Below are positions 34,799-44,743 of a stretch of 46,667 nucleotides of DNA, piece after piece. Under the pieces are notes generated by a model. It searched no databases and was not told the DNA's origin. It worked only from the letters and a program-made list of their open reading frames with translations. The position numbers and the translations under genes are program-made. Each line of letters opens with the position of its first letter. Position 1 is the first letter of the stretch. Source of the stretch: Escherichia phage C1; the sequence record NC_054651.1. The stretch is one strand, 5' to 3'.

Positions 34799-35218
34799 TT
34801 ATCCATTCTGCTGCTCCAGTAATTTCTCCAGTCGCTCAAGGCGCGCGGCGAGTTCGGTAACTTCGGCAATATCCAACCCCGTCCTGATAACCTCGGCAAA
34901 TGTTTTGCCAATGTCCACAGGTATAACGCCAGCGGCTATGCCACGAATAACGGCGTCAATCTTCTCTACCGGAGTTCCATCATCAGGGAAATCAACTTCA
35001 AAGACAGGCGCTACCGGTTTCGGCAACGGGCTGAATCGAACGATAAGTTCCTTCATCATTGCGGTGTCACGTTCAATCATCGCCATCTCAACAATGGTGT
35101 CATAGAGCTTTTCCTCGCTAAACCCCTTTCTCTCAAGAGCTTCAACGAGCAACTTACGCTTGTCTTTCCCGCGTTTATTTTGCGGTTGATTTTCTTTGCT
35201 GAATAGCTTTTTAGCCAT
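34799..35218 (-). CDS. terminase small subunit (putative)
   Basis: 139 aa, basic N-terminus, immediately upstream of large subunit. Confidence 0.55.
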   Translation of the reverse strand: MAKKLFSKENQPQNKRGKDKRKLLVEALERKGFSEEKLYDTIVEMAMIERDTAMMKELIVRFSPLPKPVAPVFEVDFPDDGTPVEKIDAVIRGIAAGVIPVDIGKTFAEVIRTGLDIAEVTELAARLERLEKLLEQQNG

Positions 35219-35299
35219 AGATAAAACCTATCAATATTCCGCTATTTTTCCGTTATTCGATATTGTAACAGATTCTACACCATGACGTTAATGGCAAAA

Positions 35300-35325
35300 A
35301 AGAACCCGCACAAGGCGGGTTAAAG
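35300..35325 (-). terminator. rho-independent terminator before terminase operon
   Basis: AACCCGCC-ttgt-GCGGGTT hairpin followed by T6 on minus strand. Confidence 0.6.
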
Positions 35326-35867
35326 GTTGGGTGATGATATGAGTGAAGCAAGGTGGTTATTCGCTTATTGTACACCATCACTATCACGCTTGCCAGTGTA
35401 GCACCATGCGTTTTCATTGCGAGTCTGCACATGAACGATTTCAAGCGCATCAGGGAATGTCTTTGCGACCTTCGCGATAAAATCGTCCAATTCGTGTTGC
35501 TTGGCGAGTTGCCAAACCTTCGCTTTAGTTGTTTGCATTCGCAAAAGCCCTCGTAGAACACATGCACTTGATGTCATGCACGCCACTGTCAGGAACAACC
35601 TCAATGCGATTGCCGAGCTGCACCATCATGTAATGACATGTCATCATGCCGTCCCAGTAGCGCTTCCACATGAACTCCATTGCGGCGTTTATATCGTCAA
35701 ACATAATGCACAACTCCTGCAATAGCTGCTACCAGCGCCAGAGCATAAACAGCAAGGAAGATTTTAGCGCCAGCGGTGTAGCTGCGTCGTTTGTGGTTGT
35801 TCATTGGTATGCCTCCACTAAAGCGTGCGCCACATAGAGCGCACTGATAATTAATATGAACGGGCAG

Positions 35868-36179
35868 CTATTCACTTTTAGCCAGGCTTTCGAATTGCTG
35901 GTTGATTGTGTCAAACTGAACCAGACTGACAACATCGTCGAACATGACAAATTCACCATCGTGGTCTTCGCTCATGTCAGCGCCACACTCCTGACCACAT
36001 GAGTCACAACCCCCCATATCAAGCTCGTATCGCTTCATGTTTGCGATATTTGATAAATTCAGCGCCAGTACAGCAAGGTCATAAACCTCGTCAGCGGTAT
36101 ACCCTGCACCATGACCATACATTTCAATTCGCGATATGATTTCTTCTACTCGTTGTTTTGTGATTGTCATTTTTGCCAT
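35868..36179 (-). CDS. small strongly acidic protein
   Basis: 103 aa, about 20 Asp/Glu vs 7 Lys/Arg. Confidence 0.45.
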   Translation of the reverse strand: MAKMTITKQRVEEIISRIEMYGHGAGYTADEVYDLAVLALNLSNIANMKRYELDMGGCDSCGQECGADMSEDHDGEFVMFDDVVSLVQFDTINQQFESLAKSE

Positions 36180-36541
36180 CCTCCTTTGCGAAGCTCTGCG
36201 GCGAACTCGTTAAGTGATATGTAGCAATCTCCAAATGTTAACGAACCGCTCGACTGCATATGCTCCATAGCCATCTCCACACCCTGCGCCCGTACTTCAG
36301 CCAGGAAATCATCGGTGGCTGGGGTTTCCGTGAGGTTGTCCTCCCAACCGTAGTACTCCTGACGACAGAAGTTATTAAATTCCTTTTCCGACTGTTTAAG
36401 CGCCGCATTCTCCGCTGCCAACTCAGCGCATTTAGCTTCGAGTTCCGCGTAGTCCTCGTAATTAACATAAGCACCATCGCCACACTCATCCATAGACATG
36501 CTACCAAAAGCAGAAATGTCATAACGCTTCACTTCACTCAT
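36167..36541 (-). CDS. small acidic protein
   Basis: 124 aa, Asp/Glu-rich. Confidence 0.45.
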   Translation of the reverse strand: MSEVKRYDISAFGSMSMDECGDGAYVNYEDYAELEAKCAELAAENAALKQSEKEFNNFCRQEYYGWEDNLTETPATDDFLAEVRAQGVEMAMEHMQSSGSLTFGDCYISLNEFAAELRKGGWQK

Positions 36542-36738
36542 ACCCTAACCCCCATAATTTCTTCGTAATAACCATCTTCTTCAAACTCAATTTTTGCGAT
36601 TGTGAGCGCATCATCATCGGTGATATCAATCGCTTTGAATTTGCACCTTGCCAGCACTATGCAGCCTGACATGATTAACCACTTGTTCCACCAGCGCACT
36701 AACTTGATTGTCTTGCATGCATACATTTTGTTCTGCAC
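36538..36738 (-). CDS. hypothetical small protein
   Basis: 66 aa ORF, start/stop overlap with neighbour. Confidence 0.35.
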   Translation of the reverse strand: MQNKMYACKTIKLVRWWNKWLIMSGCIVLARCKFKAIDITDDDALTIAKIEFEEDGYYEEIMGVRV

Positions 36739-36775
36739 AAACCAGAACTCATATGTTTTTGCTTTTGCTATATCA

Positions 36776-37426
36776 TCACCCTATTTCACATATCATATAA
36801 ACTTTCCTCATTAGGCCGTCAAGCAGCATTGGGTGTATAGAATCACATAACCCCTTCATTTGCTTTGCTTGCTTTATCTTTTCATTCTTCCATGCCTGAT
36901 GCGCTTCAATCACCGAACTGAAATAGCCTAAAAATACTGTACGACCATTGCCATCACCTATGTGCGCCTGATAAGCGCAAGAACACTTATTAAATGACAC
37001 ACCTATAGGCAAGTCACCTCTCGAGGCATTCCTTGCTGTCACGAAGTTGTTTAGGTGTGGAGGCACGTAAACACATGCTTCAGGTGAGTAAGTCAAATTA
37101 CCAGGAATCAATATATCCTTATCAAGGTGCCACCCTTCAACGTAATGGTTCTTCCACCACAAATTAAAGTTTGAAAACAGCAGCCACTCATTACAACAAG
37201 TAACATGCTCATAGGTTTTGTGTTGTTTTTTGTATTCATCATCAAAACACCTCCTGAGCATTTGATACCATTGGCTATATCCATAATGTTGCACCTTTTT
37301 ACCATCAACTTTCATCGCCACACCGAAGCCACAATCATTAACTCCAACACCAAATATTGGCTTTCTTTTTCCTTTCTTTATATCTCTGTTAAGCTCCATT
37401 TTTATGGAGAGATTTTTCTTTTGCAT
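36776..37426 (-). CDS. homing endonuclease with C-terminal AP2-like DNA-binding domain (putative)
   Basis: 216 aa; C-terminal block GVSFNKCSCAYQAHIGDGNGRTVFLGYFSSVIEAHQAW fits AP2 pattern; free-standing gene. Confidence 0.5.
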   Translation of the reverse strand: MQKKNLSIKMELNRDIKKGKRKPIFGVGVNDCGFGVAMKVDGKKVQHYGYSQWYQMLRRCFDDEYKKQHKTYEHVTCCNEWLLFSNFNLWWKNHYVEGWHLDKDILIPGNLTYSPEACVYVPPHLNNFVTARNASRGDLPIGVSFNKCSCAYQAHIGDGNGRTVFLGYFSSVIEAHQAWKNEKIKQAKQMKGLCDSIHPMLLDGLMRKVYMICEIG

Positions 37427-37628
37427 TTCTTTTCCTCATGGCCTTTAGCCTGCAATATGGACAGCAGTACTTCTTGTCACTTCTGCATCCTGGCAACAGG
37501 TCTTTCCCGCACATCAAGCACTTCATTATTAACCCTCACAATAAAGATAACACATAGCTGTTATCATATCAAGATGTAATGCAAGACATTATCACAATAA
37601 AACATATCAAAAGTGATAGCTTTCCTGT

Positions 37629-37811
37629 TCAGAACACGATAATCAGCTCATCCATTACTCTGCGCTTACCTTCTCCATTAAACACGCGCACAACGCGATT
37701 TACGCGGATGGATTCCATTGCATTACGTGCCTGCTTGCTCATAAAGTTCTGCGCGCCAACGTGACCGAGTTCTTGTTCCAGCTTCTCGCGACGGTAGATA
37801 GTTTTTGCCAT
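37629..37811 (-). CDS. hypothetical small basic protein
   Basis: 60 aa ORF. Confidence 0.3.
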   Translation of the reverse strand: MAKTIYRREKLEQELGHVGAQNFMSKQARNAMESIRVNRVVRVFNGEGKRRVMDELIIVF

Positions 37812-38323
37812 TTATTGCACCTCGTAAGAGTTAGTGATTGCCTTAATGCGGCGACGATACCATTGCATGATGTGTTCGTTATGCCAGTTGCTCATTTTGT
37901 TACCCCTTATAACCTGATTTAGAAACTGCCACTGAGATAATGATGAATGCCACGATAATCAGACTGGCGATAAGTTCGAATGTTGCTCCTGTCATTTACT
38001 TAACCCATACGCTGAGATTAAAGCCTGCATTGCCGCGTTCCAGAATGCTTCCGCAGGAATGCTATTGTTTGCGCGGTTAACTGCAATGCGTGCCATAGCT
38101 TGTGCATCTTCAAATTCTTCACGGTCTTTGATTTTCATTATGCGTACCTGTTATATGAAAGTTTTTTACATGCGTAATATTGTTTTTCTGCATAAGCAAA
38201 GGTCTTTCCAGTCTTCATCATCGCATCAATGAATTTGTGCGCGTCACCCTTTGACTCGCAATACAGAGCTATTGCGTATTTGGTAGGTTTCATCTCTTCA
38301 CCCTCGTTTGTTCCGATGAGTTC

Positions 38324-38352
38324 AATCTACATCAACGACGATTCTACGTCAA
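38324..38352 (-). promoter_or_regulatory. sigma70-type promoter (TTGACG-17-TAGATT) for leftward operon
   Basis: Read on minus strand; two copies of the GTAGAWT motif. Confidence 0.5.
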
Positions 38353-38680
38353 CAGGAATGCGTTAAAAACGTGCTCGTGGGGTAAATTTTTGCTCGTGGG
38401 GTAGGTCGTGGGGAAGGGGGCATGCCCCACTGGAAACCCTTGTGCCATGCGGCTTTTAACATGTTTGGGGAAGTGGGGCAGATTTCATACCCATCCCCTT
38501 ATAAATATATTCAAATAATCCATTTGTTAATATTATGTTAATTACTACCTATAATATGAATAATAATATTACCCATTAACCCAAATAATAATAATTTTAT
38601 TATATTACATATACTTAGAGGAGAGCTTCGTGGGGAAGGTGATGTTCCCCACGGCTGCCCCACGTTACCCACGTTAGTCG
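38350..38680. repeat. origin-like region: CGTGGGG iterons in both orientations flanking a ~120 bp AT-rich core, plus GGGGCATGCCCC palindrome
   Basis: Three direct CTCGTGGGG copies at about 38354, 38383, 38396; palindrome about 38405; AT-rich 38490..38620; further CGTGGGG/CCCCACG copies at about 38628, 38647, 38658. Confidence 0.55.
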
Positions 38681-38749
38681 TATTTGATGTTGCATGATTC
38701 AATAGTTATGATATGATTCAATCATAATTTGTTACTGGTGGAGGATTTT

Positions 38750-38968
38750 GTGAAACTTGACAAATACGGCAAAAAGAATGCAGCTCTTTCTGGATTATCG
38801 GTGGTTTCAGTAGGGGAGACTGTGATGATTGACTCGAAGAGATTTGGGGGCATTGCAAGCCTGAGGAACGCATTAAACTATTTTATGCGCAGGAATGAAG
38901 GCATGAAATTCTCAACAAAGGTTGGATACCCTGACAAAGACATGGTTTACGTAAAAAGGATTTCATGA
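38750..38968 (+). CDS. hypothetical small protein, first gene right of origin-like region
   Basis: GTG after GGAGGA SD inside track ORF 38729..38968. Confidence 0.35.
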   Translation: MKLDKYGKKNAALSGLSVVSVGETVMIDSKRFGGIASLRNALNYFMRRNEGMKFSTKVGYPDKDMVYVKRIS

Positions 38969-40521
38969 TGATCACAGCGCAAGACATCTTCAACGAAGCA
39001 AGGGAATTAAAAGTATCTCCTGCTCGCGTCGCCTTCCATCATGGCATGACGCCAAGCTCAAACATGTGGCTTGACATTAAGGAAGGCAAGGAGCGTGATG
39101 TAACGTACTCAGAAACAGAACTGACCAGTGAGCACCGGACTGATTTACTGTCTCGTTATGCAATCGCTGCAGCTCGTGCTGTTCAGTTCCCAATAAATAC
39201 ATCGTTCATGCATTTACTTGGGTGCGTTGCCAGCGCAATGACGAGAAACTTTAGCGTTGAGTATTACCATTCAGAGCTTCCAGTTTCTCTTTACGTGGTT
39301 ACTTCGCAGCCTCCATCAGCAGGGAAAACCGCTATCAACTCAATGCATATGAATCCGGTGAAGATTGAATACGACAACCTTTCCAAAAAGATGGAAAAGC
39401 AAATCATAAAAATAAATCTTCGCATCGAAGAGTTGATGAAGGCATACAAAGAGGCCAGCAATCAGAATGCAAAGGCACTAATCGGAGATGATATTGCTCG
39501 CGAAAAGGAGAAGCTGGAGGAGCTTTATACGATCACATATCCACTGACGGACGCAACGCCGGAGGCTGTTCAGCATCAGGCAATCCATGAAGGTGGTTTT
39601 TTTAATCTGATAAGTGACGAGGCAAGCGTTCTTAACACATGTCTTGGCCTCTCTTACGGAAAGGAAGGTGGAAAGGCAAACGCCGAAGTCATCCTGAAGG
39701 GCTGGGATGGCGGATTTATTGGTTCTGCTCGTGTTGGTCGTGGCGTTTCATCTGGTTATGTGCTTGGAAACATAAGTGTGATTGCTCAGGATGAAAGTAT
39801 TGATGCCATTCTTGCCGCTGGCGACAGGGGGAACGGGCTTTCTGAACGTTTCCTCATGTTGCGAGAGCAATCAATGCTTGGCTATCGCGAACACTGGGAC
39901 ATGGTTAATGATTGCCCTGTAAGCAAGCCAATGCCAGACAGCTTGAGGTCGGAATATGCAAGATTTATACATAATGTTGTGTCAGCAGAAAAAACAAAAC
40001 TGACGCTTCACAATGACTCAGCAAGAATGATCGGCCTGTTACGAAATCAGTGGGAGAAAAACTTCCTTCCCGGCGGTAAGTGGGACCACGTTCTTCTTCG
40101 TGGCGCGATGGGTAAAGCTGATAAGCAAATAATCCGTCTGGCAGCAATATTTCACGCTGCTGAAAACTGGTGCGATGGAGGAAAGCGTTCAAAGATTATC
40201 GGTGAAAATGAGATTAGTCGCGCCATCAGTGTTTATGACGCACTGACAAAAACATTCACTGATGCTGTTGAATCAAATGGGTATGCTGGTGAGCGTTCTG
40301 AATTTGATGTTGTTGCCGAAAAGCTACGCTCTGCCGCTCAGAAAGGAAAAACAAACGTAACGGTGAAGTGGCTTTATGATTCACTTAAAAACGTGCGACC
40401 ATTCAAAGGGATACCTAAAATTTATGACCGACTCAGATCAAGCGTATTGCCATCACTTGAAGAGGATGGTTACTGCGTTTTTATTGGTAATACTGTCCAC
40501 ATTAATCCGAGGTTGAAATGA
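38965..40521 (+). CDS. large hypothetical protein, putative replication-associated (DUF3987-like?)
   Basis: 518 aa; degenerate P-loop-like SQPPSAGKT; adjacent to origin-like region; function not resolved. Confidence 0.4.
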   Translation: MMITAQDIFNEARELKVSPARVAFHHGMTPSSNMWLDIKEGKERDVTYSETELTSEHRTDLLSRYAIAAARAVQFPINTSFMHLLGCVASAMTRNFSVEYYHSELPVSLYVVTSQPPSAGKTAINSMHMNPVKIEYDNLSKKMEKQIIKINLRIEELMKAYKEASNQNAKALIGDDIAREKEKLEELYTITYPLTDATPEAVQHQAIHEGGFFNLISDEASVLNTCLGLSYGKEGGKANAEVILKGWDGGFIGSARVGRGVSSGYVLGNISVIAQDESIDAILAAGDRGNGLSERFLMLREQSMLGYREHWDMVNDCPVSKPMPDSLRSEYARFIHNVVSAEKTKLTLHNDSARMIGLLRNQWEKNFLPGGKWDHVLLRGAMGKADKQIIRLAAIFHAAENWCDGGKRSKIIGENEISRAISVYDALTKTFTDAVESNGYAGERSEFDVVAEKLRSAAQKGKTNVTVKWLYDSLKNVRPFKGIPKIYDRLRSSVLPSLEEDGYCVFIGNTVHINPRLK

Positions 40522-40709
40522 GAACAATATCAGGCGAACTTTGCCGCTCAGAAGGTTCATGGCATTTCAGACCGTATGGTTATTCGACGTGGTTTTTCTG
40601 GAGTGGTATTAACAAAGTATGGATTCGATCTAATTACCACGTGCTTGATGATTACTGGCACAGATTTTGTATTGGTTATGTTGATATTTCAAAATTGATG
40701 ATTAAATGA
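40518..40709 (+). CDS. hypothetical small Trp-rich protein
   Basis: 63 aa ORF. Confidence 0.3.
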   Translation: MRTISGELCRSEGSWHFRPYGYSTWFFWSGINKVWIRSNYHVLDDYWHRFCIGYVDISKLMIK

Positions 40710-40718
40710 GGTAATTAT

Positions 40719-41024
40719 ATGGCTAACCTGCAACTTGCCGTCAAAGGTGAATACTTCGATGCCATGATTCGCGGAGAGAAAACGGAAGAGTATCGCCTTT
40801 TTAATGACTACTGGAAGAAGCGCCTTATTAACTTTAAAGATAGCGGACAGATTGGAAGGAAGTACGAAAGGTTAATTATCACAAAAGGATATCCAAAGAA
40901 GGACGATAAATCCAGGCGTATTGATATCCCATACGATGGATGGACGGTTAAGACCATCACCCACCCACACTTCGGTCCTGACCCGGTGGAAGTGTTCGCA
41001 ATAAAAGTTAACCTCAAAGCATAA
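40719..41024 (+). CDS. ASCH-like domain protein
   Basis: 101 aa; N-terminal LAVKGEYFDAMIRGEKTEEYR resembles ASCH signature. Confidence 0.45.
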   Translation: MANLQLAVKGEYFDAMIRGEKTEEYRLFNDYWKKRLINFKDSGQIGRKYERLIITKGYPKKDDKSRRIDIPYDGWTVKTITHPHFGPDPVEVFAIKVNLKA

Positions 41025-41026
41025 CA

Positions 41027-41052
41027 AAAACCCTCCATATGGAGGGTTTATT
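41027..41052. terminator. bidirectional rho-independent terminator
   Basis: AAACCCTCC-atat-GGAGGGTTT hairpin, T-run; between convergent gene ends. Confidence 0.7.
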
Positions 41053-42006
41053 TTATCTTCTAACTGACATTTTCTCTATCAACTCGCCAGCGTCATAAAT
41101 TTTTCTCCTGATTCTCTTTGCCATCCTGATAGTGTCAGCATCATCAGGAAGCATCACCGGAAGTCCTGCGTTTTCCGCAGCGCAAAGTTCGTTAAATTTA
41201 TAGTTAACTATGCAACGCAATATCGCCTTCATCTCATCGCTAACAGAACGCACCACTTCCCACATGTTTTCCGGCGACCAGCAGCACCAGACATGAGCTC
41301 CAGTGAAGTAATGGCACTTCCACGCGTCGGCATAATCAGATACCAGGTAAATGAACTTTCCGTTATCTTCTCCGATTGGGCTTATCGCCCCGCGCGTGAG
41401 CTTTCCGTTGATAGCTGAGTCTTTGTTGTATCCAGCACGGAAAAACGTTCTGAATGAATCACCATCCATGCCAATGAACGCCACGTTACACGGCTTCATT
41501 GTGTCAGCGCGTATCATCTCAACCGCAATAAGCTCTCCAGATTTAGCTCTGACGACGTTAACGTCGCAACCAATACCATTTATCAACGTCCACTCATTCA
41601 TCGCGACACGCGTCGTTTTAGCCATGATTGCGGCAACTTCCTGCTCGGTGATGAAGTCGTCATTATGATTTATCTTCGGTAACTCCTTCCTGATTGCTTC
41701 CAGTTTTTCACGCGGGTGCATATTCAGGAATCCACCAAGTGCCTCAAGTGCTTCGGGAAAGCTCATGCCAGAGAGTTTCATCAGCCAGGTGATTCCGCTG
41801 CCGTTTCCACACTGGTTACAGATGGCGCCGCCGTCACCTTTGTAGTCCAGGTTATCATCGAATCGAAATCTGTCGCGACCGCCGCAACTTGGGCATGGCT
41901 GGTGCTTACCATTGAAAACTCTGCTATTCACACTGACGATAGACATGATGGCGGCCTGCCAGTTCCCAAGCATTTTTGGCTCAATGTCTTTCCAGTCGTA
42001 TCTCAT
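41053..42006 (-). CDS. DNA primase (zinc-ribbon + primase core)
   Basis: Track ORF 41053..42117; likely start MRYDWKD; zinc-ribbon CPSCGGRDRFRFDD...CNQCGNGSG typical of phage primases. Confidence 0.65.
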   Translation of the reverse strand: MRYDWKDIEPKMLGNWQAAIMSIVSVNSRVFNGKHQPCPSCGGRDRFRFDDNLDYKGDGGAICNQCGNGSGITWLMKLSGMSFPEALEALGGFLNMHPREKLEAIRKELPKINHNDDFITEQEVAAIMAKTTRVAMNEWTLINGIGCDVNVVRAKSGELIAVEMIRADTMKPCNVAFIGMDGDSFRTFFRAGYNKDSAINGKLTRGAISPIGEDNGKFIYLVSDYADAWKCHYFTGAHVWCCWSPENMWEVVRSVSDEMKAILRCIVNYKFNELCAAENAGLPVMLPDDADTIRMAKRIRRKIYDAGELIEKMSVRR

Positions 42007-42008
42007 AA

Positions 42009-42060
42009 ATTGACCCTTGATTGTTGGTGTAGATTGAGTATAAGCTAACTGACGTAGAAA
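42009..42060 (+). promoter_or_regulatory. promoter region for rightward replication/recombination operon with GTGTAGATTG and TGACGTAGAAAC motifs
   Basis: TTGATT-16-TATAAG candidate; same motif pair as at 15690..15735. Confidence 0.45.
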
Positions 42061-42081
42061 CATCAACAAAAGGATATAGCA

Positions 42082-42345
42082 GTGTTCCTTGATAGCATTT
42101 TTAAGAGGATTTTTCATGGCAAGCCAATCCCTGTTGCCTTCGGATACCCGCCACGAAGCAACACATGGTTAACCATATACAGAAGACAGAGAACTGGAGA
42201 ATGGATTTTTGAGTGGGATGATTTGTTTGCCGATGAGAGGCCAGAAGATTATCTATGGAATCTTAGTTATATGTATTTTTATAACGGAATAGATGATGAA
42301 ACAAAGAAACAAGCAATTGAACACCTTGGCGCGAGGATTTTGTGA
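42082..42345 (+). CDS. hypothetical protein
   Basis: 87 aa ORF, GTG start after AAGGAT. Confidence 0.35.
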   Translation: MFLDSIFKRIFHGKPIPVAFGYPPRSNTWLTIYRRQRTGEWIFEWDDLFADERPEDYLWNLSYMYFYNGIDDETKKQAIEHLGARIL

Positions 42346-44291
42346 TGCATAAAATCGACGCAATGATTGCGGAACTTGACATAGATAAATTGCGGTCAGT
42401 TGTTCATACAGGGGAAATTGAGCCACGACCATATCAGTGGCTGGTTTATGAAAAGACGGCTGAAGTTATCCGCAAGTTTGGCAAAGACCCGAAACCAAGT
42501 TTTGTGACTGCATCGGTAGGTGCGGGAAAGACCATTATGATTGCCATGATTGCGCGACGCTTTCAGGATATGGGGTGGGAAGGTCTTGTTATTGCCAGGC
42601 AGGGGGAAATTATTGAGCAGGATGCGGAAGAGCTGTGGAATCTGAGTGTTAAAAACTCACTTTTCAGCGCGTCTCTTGGCAGAAAATCAACGGCATACCC
42701 GCTTATTGCTGGTACTGAGGGAACAATAATAAATGGCCTTTTCGATAAGAAGGACGAGTCAGGTAATGTTCTTTCTAAAGGTGCGCTTTCCGATTTTTGC
42801 CCTCGCTATATCCTTATTGACGAATGCCACCAGATGAACTGGGAGGACGTGGTAAGCGAAAGTCCTGAAACGCAATATGGCGTAATAATGACTGAGCTTA
42901 ACCGCAGATGTAAAGCTAAATACGGACATGATGTCATTGTTATTGGATACACAGGTAGCCCGTTTCGTGGCACCGACTCGATTAAGGGTGCTTACTGGAA
43001 ACATGAAATAGTAAACATTGACACTAAATATCTTGTTGATATTGGGTTTCTTGTGCCTACGATTTTTGGCCTGCATGACATTGATGATTTGCATTACGAC
43101 CTGTCAGCATTTGAGGCGTCAGGAAGCGATGGAACGCAGGACTTCACTGCCGAGCAACTCAAGCAGATGCAAAAAGAAATCCTTGAGCAAGGGACACTCA
43201 CGCAGAAAATCATGCTCAAGGTTATGGAGCTGACAAAAAACAGAAATGGCGTATTGATCACATGCGCTGGCAAGAAGCACTGTCAGGAGGCGGCAAAATA
43301 TTTACCTGAAGGAAGTTATGCGATCGTAACTGAAGATATGGGTATGAAAGCCAGACGCAAGGCATTAAAGGATGCATACACTGGCAAGATTAAATATGTT
43401 TTCCAGATTGGTTGCTTGACGACAGGCGTCAATATCCCACTCTGGGATACAAGCGTCATATTACGAAAAATAATGTCACTCACTCTTCTTGTGCAGCTGC
43501 TTGGTCGCGGGATGCGCCTGCTGAAGAAAGAGCAAATTGATGCAGGGTATCATAAAGAGGACCATCTGGTTCTTGACTTCTCTGGCACGATGTTTGAGCT
43601 TGGTCAGCTATATGCAGACCCAATTCTGGAAGAAGCCGAAGCGCAACGTTCAAAACGCAGTGGTGAACAGGTTCCGTGTCCTAAGTGCGGAACAATGAAC
43701 AGCCCATATGCGCGTCGCTGCATTGGCAAAGATGCATTGTCGCCAGATGGTAGATGCGAGGAGTTTTTCAGTTATATTCGTTGCGGTTTCGATAAGCACG
43801 GCATCCGTATTTTTGATGATGGTTGCGGTACTAAAAACGACCCAACGGCGCGTTATTGCCGACATTGCGATCACGTTTTGCGCGACCCGAATGCGGCACT
43901 TAATGAGCGTGCGTATACCGATAATGAGTGGGCTGATGTTATGGATTTCAAAGTCCAGTTAACGAAGGATGGAGAAGGTATTTTGTATCGCTACTGGATT
44001 AATCGTTGTGATGGGAAAGAGGGATGGGCTAACGAAGTTTTCTACCCCTATGGCGGCGCAACTCACATGAAAAACATGTTTAAGGCAAAAGCGGTCTTTC
44101 CTCACCTTGATGATAAGTCAATGGCGGGTAAAATCCTGAAGTGCCAGAACGCCAAGCAGTTCATGATGTATGCGGGATTGATTAAAGCGCCAAAACGCAT
44201 CACACATCGTATTAACGATAAAGGTCGTGACATAATCCACAGAAAAGATTTTGCAGGAGAGAATAGTGAAAAAGCGATTCAAGCAGCATGA
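42342..44291 (+). CDS. superfamily-2 DNA helicase (DExH box) with C-terminal zinc-ribbon region
   Basis: 649 aa; Walker A ASVGAGKT, DECH box (LIDECHQ), motif VI-like QLLGRGMR, C-terminal CPKC...C...C cluster. Confidence 0.8.
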   Translation: MMHKIDAMIAELDIDKLRSVVHTGEIEPRPYQWLVYEKTAEVIRKFGKDPKPSFVTASVGAGKTIMIAMIARRFQDMGWEGLVIARQGEIIEQDAEELWNLSVKNSLFSASLGRKSTAYPLIAGTEGTIINGLFDKKDESGNVLSKGALSDFCPRYILIDECHQMNWEDVVSESPETQYGVIMTELNRRCKAKYGHDVIVIGYTGSPFRGTDSIKGAYWKHEIVNIDTKYLVDIGFLVPTIFGLHDIDDLHYDLSAFEASGSDGTQDFTAEQLKQMQKEILEQGTLTQKIMLKVMELTKNRNGVLITCAGKKHCQEAAKYLPEGSYAIVTEDMGMKARRKALKDAYTGKIKYVFQIGCLTTGVNIPLWDTSVILRKIMSLTLLVQLLGRGMRLLKKEQIDAGYHKEDHLVLDFSGTMFELGQLYADPILEEAEAQRSKRSGEQVPCPKCGTMNSPYARRCIGKDALSPDGRCEEFFSYIRCGFDKHGIRIFDDGCGTKNDPTARYCRHCDHVLRDPNAALNERAYTDNEWADVMDFKVQLTKDGEGILYRYWINRCDGKEGWANEVFYPYGGATHMKNMFKAKAVFPHLDDKSMAGKILKCQNAKQFMMYAGLIKAPKRITHRINDKGRDIIHRKDFAGENSEKAIQAA

Positions 44292-44706
44292 ACTAAGTGA
44301 TAATGTTTTTGTGTTTGATGATGGCTACCGTGGCAAGTGCCCGCTTGAGGATTCCGACCTGATAGCGTTCAAGTGGTGGATGGATTACCAGTTTCCTGAT
44401 GTGCTGTGGTTCCATCCGTCTCAGGAGACCAAAAGCAACTCAGTGCAGCATCTGGCATCGCGCGCAAGGAAAGGTGTAAGGTCAGGGGTGTCTGATGTGA
44501 TAATCCTGACGCCTGGTGTGAGGTGGTATAAAGCGACGATAGAGTTGAAGCGGCATGATTCAACGCTTAGCAAATGGCAACCTGGACAGATACCGTTTCT
44601 CAACGATAGCGCCAGCGCTGGTGCATTCTCTGCGGTGGCGTGTGGACTCGACCAGATAAAGATTGCAGTGTTGACGTATTTTGGCTTGCCTTTTGATGTG
44701 GGTTGA
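44266..44706 (+). CDS. VRR-NUC-like PD-(D/E)XK nuclease
   Basis: Track ORF 44251..44706; GTG after AGGAG; blocks GVSDVIILTPG and ATIELKR fit D...E-x-K nuclease core. Confidence 0.5.
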   Translation: MKKRFKQHELSDNVFVFDDGYRGKCPLEDSDLIAFKWWMDYQFPDVLWFHPSQETKSNSVQHLASRARKGVRSGVSDVIILTPGVRWYKATIELKRHDSTLSKWQPGQIPFLNDSASAGAFSAVACGLDQIKIAVLTYFGLPFDVG

Positions 44707-44714
44707 TGTAGATT
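44686..44714 (+). promoter_or_regulatory. sigma70-type promoter TTGCCT-17-TAGATT
   Basis: Contains TGATGTAGATTC motif; upstream of exonuclease gene. Confidence 0.4.
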
Positions 44715-44743
44715 CATTTACGTGATGATGAGTGAGGTTAACA

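Noticed and set aside
34648-34911. 87 aa minus-strand ORF spanning the terminase small/large junction
   Set aside because: Overlaps both terminase genes out of frame; hydrophobic low-complexity translation; likely spurious
38350-38680. Possible CRISPR array
   Set aside because: Repeats are only 7-9 bp, irregularly spaced, present in both orientations and interrupted by an AT-rich block; no cas genes; fits iterons of an origin better
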